Origin: an uncultured Desulfobacter sp.
GTDB taxonomy: Bacteria; Desulfobacterota; Desulfobacteria; Desulfobacterales; Desulfobacteraceae
Length of the DNA stretch: 64,000 nucleotides
Reading direction: 5' to 3'
Assembly (NCBI GenBank): GCA_963665095.1
Contig: OY762069.1
Coordinates: 1,344,001-1,408,000, forward strand
Each line of letters opens with the position of its first letter. Position 1 is the first letter of the stretch. This document shows, piece after piece, positions 59,570-64,000 of the stretch. The notes beneath the pieces are model-generated. The model saw only the letters and a list, made by a program, of their open reading frames with translations. It searched no databases and was not told the origin of the DNA. The position numbers and the translations under genes were made by a program.

Positions 59570-60609
59570 GGTTGCTCCGTGTGGATGCCTTCAAGTTTTT
59601 TAAGCCGTCTTTCCATGGAAAGCAGTTTGGTTCTCAATCCCGGCAGTCGGGATATAATTTGGGATACCTTAAGCCACGTTTTGTGCGGCATATGGGGAAG
59701 CCCGGAAACTATCTGTCCTGCCGGCACATTACCGGCAACGCCGGCAGCAGGACCGATAATGACGCCGTCGGCAATTTTAAGGTGCCCGGAAACGCCTGCT
59801 TTGCCAGCGATAATGACGTTTTTCCCGATATGGGTGCTGCCGGCAATGCCTACCTGGGCCACCAACAGGGTATTATCACCAATTTTAACATTATGGGCAA
59901 TATGCACCTGATTGTCTGTTTTTACGCCGTTGCCGATGCGTGTGATGCCAAGGGTGCCCCGGTCAATGGTGTTGCATGCACCGATTTCACAATTATCGCC
60001 AATAGACACAAATCCCGTATGTATTAATTTGGTATGACTGGCCCCGTCCTGAACAAACCCGAACCCGTCAGAACCGATTACCGAATTTGGATGGATCAGG
60101 ACATGATTTCCCAGCTGGGTCTTATCCGCCAGGGTCACATTGGGGCTGATCCGGCAGTGATCTCCTGTTTTACAGCATTTTCCCAGGACTGCATTGGCCA
60201 TAATGTGAACATGACTGCCGATAACAGAGCCCTTTCCAATGCTGACGTTGGCTTCTATGCGCGTACCAGATCCAATAGTGCAGTCATCTCCAATGACAGC
60301 AAAGGGATGGATAAATTCTTCAAGGGGCTCTTCCGGAAACAGATACTCAACCACTTTGAAAAAAGATAATTTGGGATTATCACTGAACAAAATAGTCCTA
60401 TCATCGGCAAATGACAGGTTCTCATCCTCCGGCACCAGAACAATGCCAGCCCGGGTCTGGTCCAGCCGGGATAAAAACGTATGATCCACAGCAAATGTCA
60501 AATCACCGGGGTCTGCATCATCAAAGGACGATACCCCGGAAACAGCTGCATCCGGATTACCCTGCACCCGGGCGTTCACCATCCTGGCTATTTGTTGGGC
60601 AGTAAGCAT
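59566..60609 (-). CDS. lpxD: UDP-3-O-acylglucosamine N-acyltransferase
   Basis: IGSDGFG, EIGACNTIDRG, DNQVHIAHN and AQVGIAGS. Confidence 0.96.
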   Translation of the reverse strand: MLTAQQIARMVNARVQGNPDAAVSGVSSFDDADPGDLTFAVDHTFLSRLDQTRAGIVLVPEDENLSFADDRTILFSDNPKLSFFKVVEYLFPEEPLEEFIHPFAVIGDDCTIGSGTRIEANVSIGKGSVIGSHVHIMANAVLGKCCKTGDHCRISPNVTLADKTQLGNHVLIHPNSVIGSDGFGFVQDGASHTKLIHTGFVSIGDNCEIGACNTIDRGTLGITRIGNGVKTDNQVHIAHNVKIGDNTLLVAQVGIAGSTHIGKNVIIAGKAGVSGHLKIADGVIIGPAAGVAGNVPAGQIVSGLPHMPHKTWLKVSQIISRLPGLRTKLLSMERRLKKLEGIHTEQP

Positions 60610-60612
60610 ATA

Positions 60613-61146
60613 TTATTGATTCTTGGCAAACTCTGCATTGTATTCATTAATGATCAGCTCAGTAATATCAACCGTATCCTGTGCATAGATGACCCCGGCA
60701 GTTTTCTTCTCAACAATCAGAGTGAAGCCGTTGGCCTTTCCAAAGGCGTTGGTAATCTCAAAAACTTTTTTCTCCATCTCTTTGAACCGTTTATTCTGCA
60801 TAATCTGCATCTCTTCAGTGAAATCTGAATTCATCTTCTTCAAATCAGAAACCCTGTCCCGCAACTCACGCTGGCGGTCGCGTTTCTTCTCTGCACTGAG
60901 CACCAGAGATTCACGCTCAAGGGCCGCATTCATCTCCTCCACTTTTTGCTTTTCAGCCTCAAGCTTTCCCTGGAGTTCTTCAAATTTGGCTTTCAGTTCT
61001 TTCTGGGTCATTTTACCGGCACTGGACTCTTTGATGATCGTCTCAAAATTAACCACACCAATTTTAACTGCATCTGCAGCAAACGCACTGCCGGTGATAA
61101 GGATTGCACTGATCAGAACCGCAACTGCAGTAATTGTTTTTTTCAT
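60613..61146 (-). CDS. skp: Periplasmic chaperone Skp/OmpH
   Basis: Signal peptide, KIGVVN, coiled coil and VDIT; located between bamA and lpxD. Confidence 0.92.
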   Translation of the reverse strand: MKKTITAVAVLISAILITGSAFAADAVKIGVVNFETIIKESSAGKMTQKELKAKFEELQGKLEAEKQKVEEMNAALERESLVLSAEKKRDRQRELRDRVSDLKKMNSDFTEEMQIMQNKRFKEMEKKVFEITNAFGKANGFTLIVEKKTAGVIYAQDTVDITELIINEYNAEFAKNQ

Positions 61147-61177
61147 GTATGCCTCCAAATTTTAATGGTTATACTAT

Positions 61178-63814
61178 TTAGAAAAATGCACCAATGGAAA
61201 AGTCAAACTGACTGTCTCCAGGATCTTTAACATCTTTGCCATCTATGACAAATCCATAGGCCAGGCGAATGGGGCCCATGGGAGAGTTCCATCGCAGCTC
61301 AAACCCGGCACTTGAATACATATCACCGAGGTCAACGTCATCTCCATCCACATAGACATCGCCCCTGTCATAGAAAAATACCCCGTAAACCCCCTGCTCC
61401 TTGGCTATGGGAAATATCAGCTCAACATTGAACTGCAGGTATTTATCGCCGCCCACCTCTAAACTTGACCCGTCCCGGGTACCGTTAATATCTGTGTCAT
61501 CAAACCCGCGGATGGATTTGATACCCCCAAGATAAAAGCGCTCCCAGTCTATATCCGGATCACCTCCGGTTCTGTCATCAAGATACCCGCCCTTGCCGTA
61601 AATGCCGCCTGAAAAGTTCCAGAAAAGAGGAAAGAAAAAGGCGGATTCCATAAGGTATTTGGTGAAATCAATTTCTCCGCCCAGGAACTCTCCGGCATAT
61701 TCAACAGAGAGTTTATGTGACATACCGCTGGTGGGCAGAAAGCTGTGGTTCCTTGAGTCATAGCTGATATATGGCGTAATACTTGAAGTCAGATAGTCGC
61801 CTGCCGTCACCGAAGTATAATCCTCTTCAACATCTTTGATCTCAAATTTTTCTATGTTATAGATAATTCCAATGGCTGTATAGTCAAAAAATTTGCGGTA
61901 GGCCCCTTTCAGGGTCAGGCCGATAGCATCTTTTTCATAGTAATCATACTCATTTTCAAACTTATAAATATCAAAGCCGGCTGAGATGGGTTTGTCAAAA
62001 AGCCAGGGCTCGGTGAAGCCAATATTGTAAAGGGCATTGGACCCGGACATGCGGATGGTGAACTTGCCTGTCTGCCCCCTGCCAAACAGGTTTTTCTCCT
62101 CAACAGACACCTGTCCGAATACACCGTCATCACTGGAAAAACCGCCGCCAAGGGAAAAATTGCCTGTGGATTTCTCCTCCACGGTCACCAGAACATCACG
62201 TTTGTCAGGGTCTTTTGTTTCCACAGGTTTAATATCAACGTTCTGGAAATAATCCTTAAAACCCAAGTTTCTGTAGGAGCGTTGAATTTTTTTCATGGAG
62301 TACAGCCCCTGCTCTTCAATGGCGAGCTCCCTTCTGATCACTTTATCCCTGGTCTTTGAGTTGCCTCTGATAAGAATCCGGTTAAAATAGACAATGCTGC
62401 CTTTTTCAATATCAAAATTAATATTTACGATTTTTTTGTCCGCATCCTTGTCAATCTTAGGAGTTACCTTGACATTGGCATATCCCTGGTTGGCATAAAA
62501 ATCATTTAGGCCAATCATATCCTGCCTGACAAGCTCCCTGTTATACAACTCTGATTTCTGGGAAACCAGTTTGGCCAGCAGGTCTTCTCTTGTGGTTAGA
62601 ATATCGCCTGTTATACTGACAATACCGTTGGTGTACTGGTCTCCCTCATCGATTTTAAAGCTGACGGTGATTTTATCTTTGCCGAGGTTGACGTCAGGGT
62701 CTGACACCTTGACATTGATAAACCCGTTATTTTTATATAAAGCCTCGATGCGAAGCACATCATTGTTCAGTTCGGTTTCATCCAGGTCACCGGAAGAGGT
62801 AATAAAAGACCAAAACCCTTTTTCCCGGGTCTGCATTTCATCTTTGATATCCTCATCATCAAAATAGTGATTTCCTTCAAAAGTAATGGAGGTGATTTTA
62901 ACTTTATCTCCCTCCTCAATGGTAAATACAATATCTGCCTGACGGTTTTTCAGCGCTTTGATTTTATATGAAATCTGGCAGTTATGGTAATTTTTTTCAT
63001 AGTAAAGACGTTTCAGCTTTTCTATATCATTGTTGAGTTTGTATATATTTAAAATAGATCCGGTACTGGTTTCCACTACTTCAAACAACTCGTCCGTATC
63101 ATATACATTGTTGTTTTCGAAACGGATATTTCGAACACTGGGCTTTTCCTCTATTTCAAAAATGATTTCAACCCCTTTGTCCAGATTTTTCTTTTTCACC
63201 ACAACATCGTCAAAGTATCCCATTTTATAGATGCTGTTCAAATCATTGCTCAGTGTACCGGGATTAAGAATATCTCCGGTTTTAGACGAAATAACCTTTA
63301 AAATAGCCTCTCCATCCACACGCATATTACCTTTGACGGTGATGGATGAAATAATTTTTTGTTCGAACAGTTCTCCGATAATATCTTTTTCCAGAGAGGC
63401 AACCGCCACATACATTTCTGCCATACTGGAAGACTGTGCAAAAAAGGTCAAAGGCGGCTTATTTTCATACACGTTGTGCATCTGGGTATCAATGCTTACC
63501 CCCTGCCCTGCGATAAACAGCTGTCCTGTAATAATCCAGTCAACCCCTAAACGGATACCTTCCTGACGAAACTGACCGTATCCCCAGTGCGTCGTGTCAA
63601 CAAAGGTTTTGGTCTGCACCACTTTGGCACCGTCTTTTTCAAGTTTTTCTTTGAGCCTTATGGCCAGTGCAGAGACAATTTTATCATTGGGCTGTTCTGC
63701 CTGAACATGGAAAGGAAACAGCGCCACTGTGGGCTGTTCATCTGCAAATAATAGATGGGTCCCGAAAAGACAATAAACCATTGCCACTAATAAACAGCAT
63801 TTAATTTTCTTCAT
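61178..63814 (-). CDS. bamA: Outer membrane protein assembly factor BamA with an extra N-terminal domain
   Basis: POTRA repeats, GNSKTRDKVIRRE, IRGF, SPMGPIRL and terminal Phe. Confidence 0.96.
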   Translation of the reverse strand: MKKIKCCLLVAMVYCLFGTHLLFADEQPTVALFPFHVQAEQPNDKIVSALAIRLKEKLEKDGAKVVQTKTFVDTTHWGYGQFRQEGIRLGVDWIITGQLFIAGQGVSIDTQMHNVYENKPPLTFFAQSSSMAEMYVAVASLEKDIIGELFEQKIISSITVKGNMRVDGEAILKVISSKTGDILNPGTLSNDLNSIYKMGYFDDVVVKKKNLDKGVEIIFEIEEKPSVRNIRFENNNVYDTDELFEVVETSTGSILNIYKLNNDIEKLKRLYYEKNYHNCQISYKIKALKNRQADIVFTIEEGDKVKITSITFEGNHYFDDEDIKDEMQTREKGFWSFITSSGDLDETELNNDVLRIEALYKNNGFINVKVSDPDVNLGKDKITVSFKIDEGDQYTNGIVSITGDILTTREDLLAKLVSQKSELYNRELVRQDMIGLNDFYANQGYANVKVTPKIDKDADKKIVNINFDIEKGSIVYFNRILIRGNSKTRDKVIRRELAIEEQGLYSMKKIQRSYRNLGFKDYFQNVDIKPVETKDPDKRDVLVTVEEKSTGNFSLGGGFSSDDGVFGQVSVEEKNLFGRGQTGKFTIRMSGSNALYNIGFTEPWLFDKPISAGFDIYKFENEYDYYEKDAIGLTLKGAYRKFFDYTAIGIIYNIEKFEIKDVEEDYTSVTAGDYLTSSITPYISYDSRNHSFLPTSGMSHKLSVEYAGEFLGGEIDFTKYLMESAFFFPLFWNFSGGIYGKGGYLDDRTGGDPDIDWERFYLGGIKSIRGFDDTDINGTRDGSSLEVGGDKYLQFNVELIFPIAKEQGVYGVFFYDRGDVYVDGDDVDLGDMYSSAGFELRWNSPMGPIRLAYGFVIDGKDVKDPGDSQFDFSIGAFF

Positions 63815-63849
63815 AACTCGTTAAAAGCAATCACTTTATTAAAAATGGT

Positions 63850-64000
63850 TTAAATTTCTTGTACCGGTATGATTTTACCGTCCTTCAGACTTAGCTTCTT
63901 TTCCATCTGGTCTGCCAGATCAGAATTGTGCGTGACCACCATGATGGTCATCCCCATTTCACGGTTCAACTCTTTTAAAAGCCTGTGGACTGCCTGACTG
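63850..64000 (-). CDS. lolD: ABC ATP-binding protein, C-terminal part (LolD-like); 5' end lies outside the window
   Basis: ...LLKELNREMGMTIMVVTHNSDLA...LKDG (H-loop); immediately upstream of bamA. Confidence 0.75.
   Translation of the reverse strand, partial: SQAVHRLLKELNREMGMTIMVVTHNSDLADQMEKKLSLKDGKIIPVQEI

Noticed and set aside
1..64000. CRISPR arrays, tRNA/rRNA, IS elements, integrases, defence systems, selenocysteine read-through
   Set aside because: No spaced direct repeats, RNA-gene signatures, transposase/integrase motifs or in-frame TGA-split redox genes were seen by eye

Overview
Chromosomal window from an anaerobic delta-proteobacterium; gene content and protein style suggest a Desulfobacteraceae-like sulfate reducer (inference). 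I found no rRNA, tRNA, CRISPR array, transposase or prophage. The left half (~0.6-31 kb) is accessory-like. It has (i) a sigma54 promoter driving a Cys-repeat GcvH-like protein that lacks the lipoyl lysine, convergent with a histidine kinase / sigma54 response regulator / archaemetzincin operon; (ii) a polar amino acid ABC transporter plus an MBL hydrolase; (iii) a sigma54-driven beta-oxidation/TRAP operon containing two acyl-CoA dehydrogenases with complementary motif loss; and (iv) a 742-aa unknown protein (XRE-like HTH, cyclase-like middle, TPR) divergent, across a perfect 18-bp palindrome, from an operon encoding a CoA ligase and a four-subunit class I benzoyl-CoA-reductase-like enzyme. 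The right half is mostly core genes: recJ, a hybrid kinase, rlmD, cinA, trpEGDCF behind a Trp leader attenuator, an HdrD-like protein with DUF4242 and a PAS-sigma54 activator, pheA-aroE-aroA-aroK behind a Phe/Tyr leader attenuator, and lolD-bamA-skp-lpxD-lpxA-lpxI-lpxB without fabZ. All protein calls come from motif recognition by eye; no database search was run.
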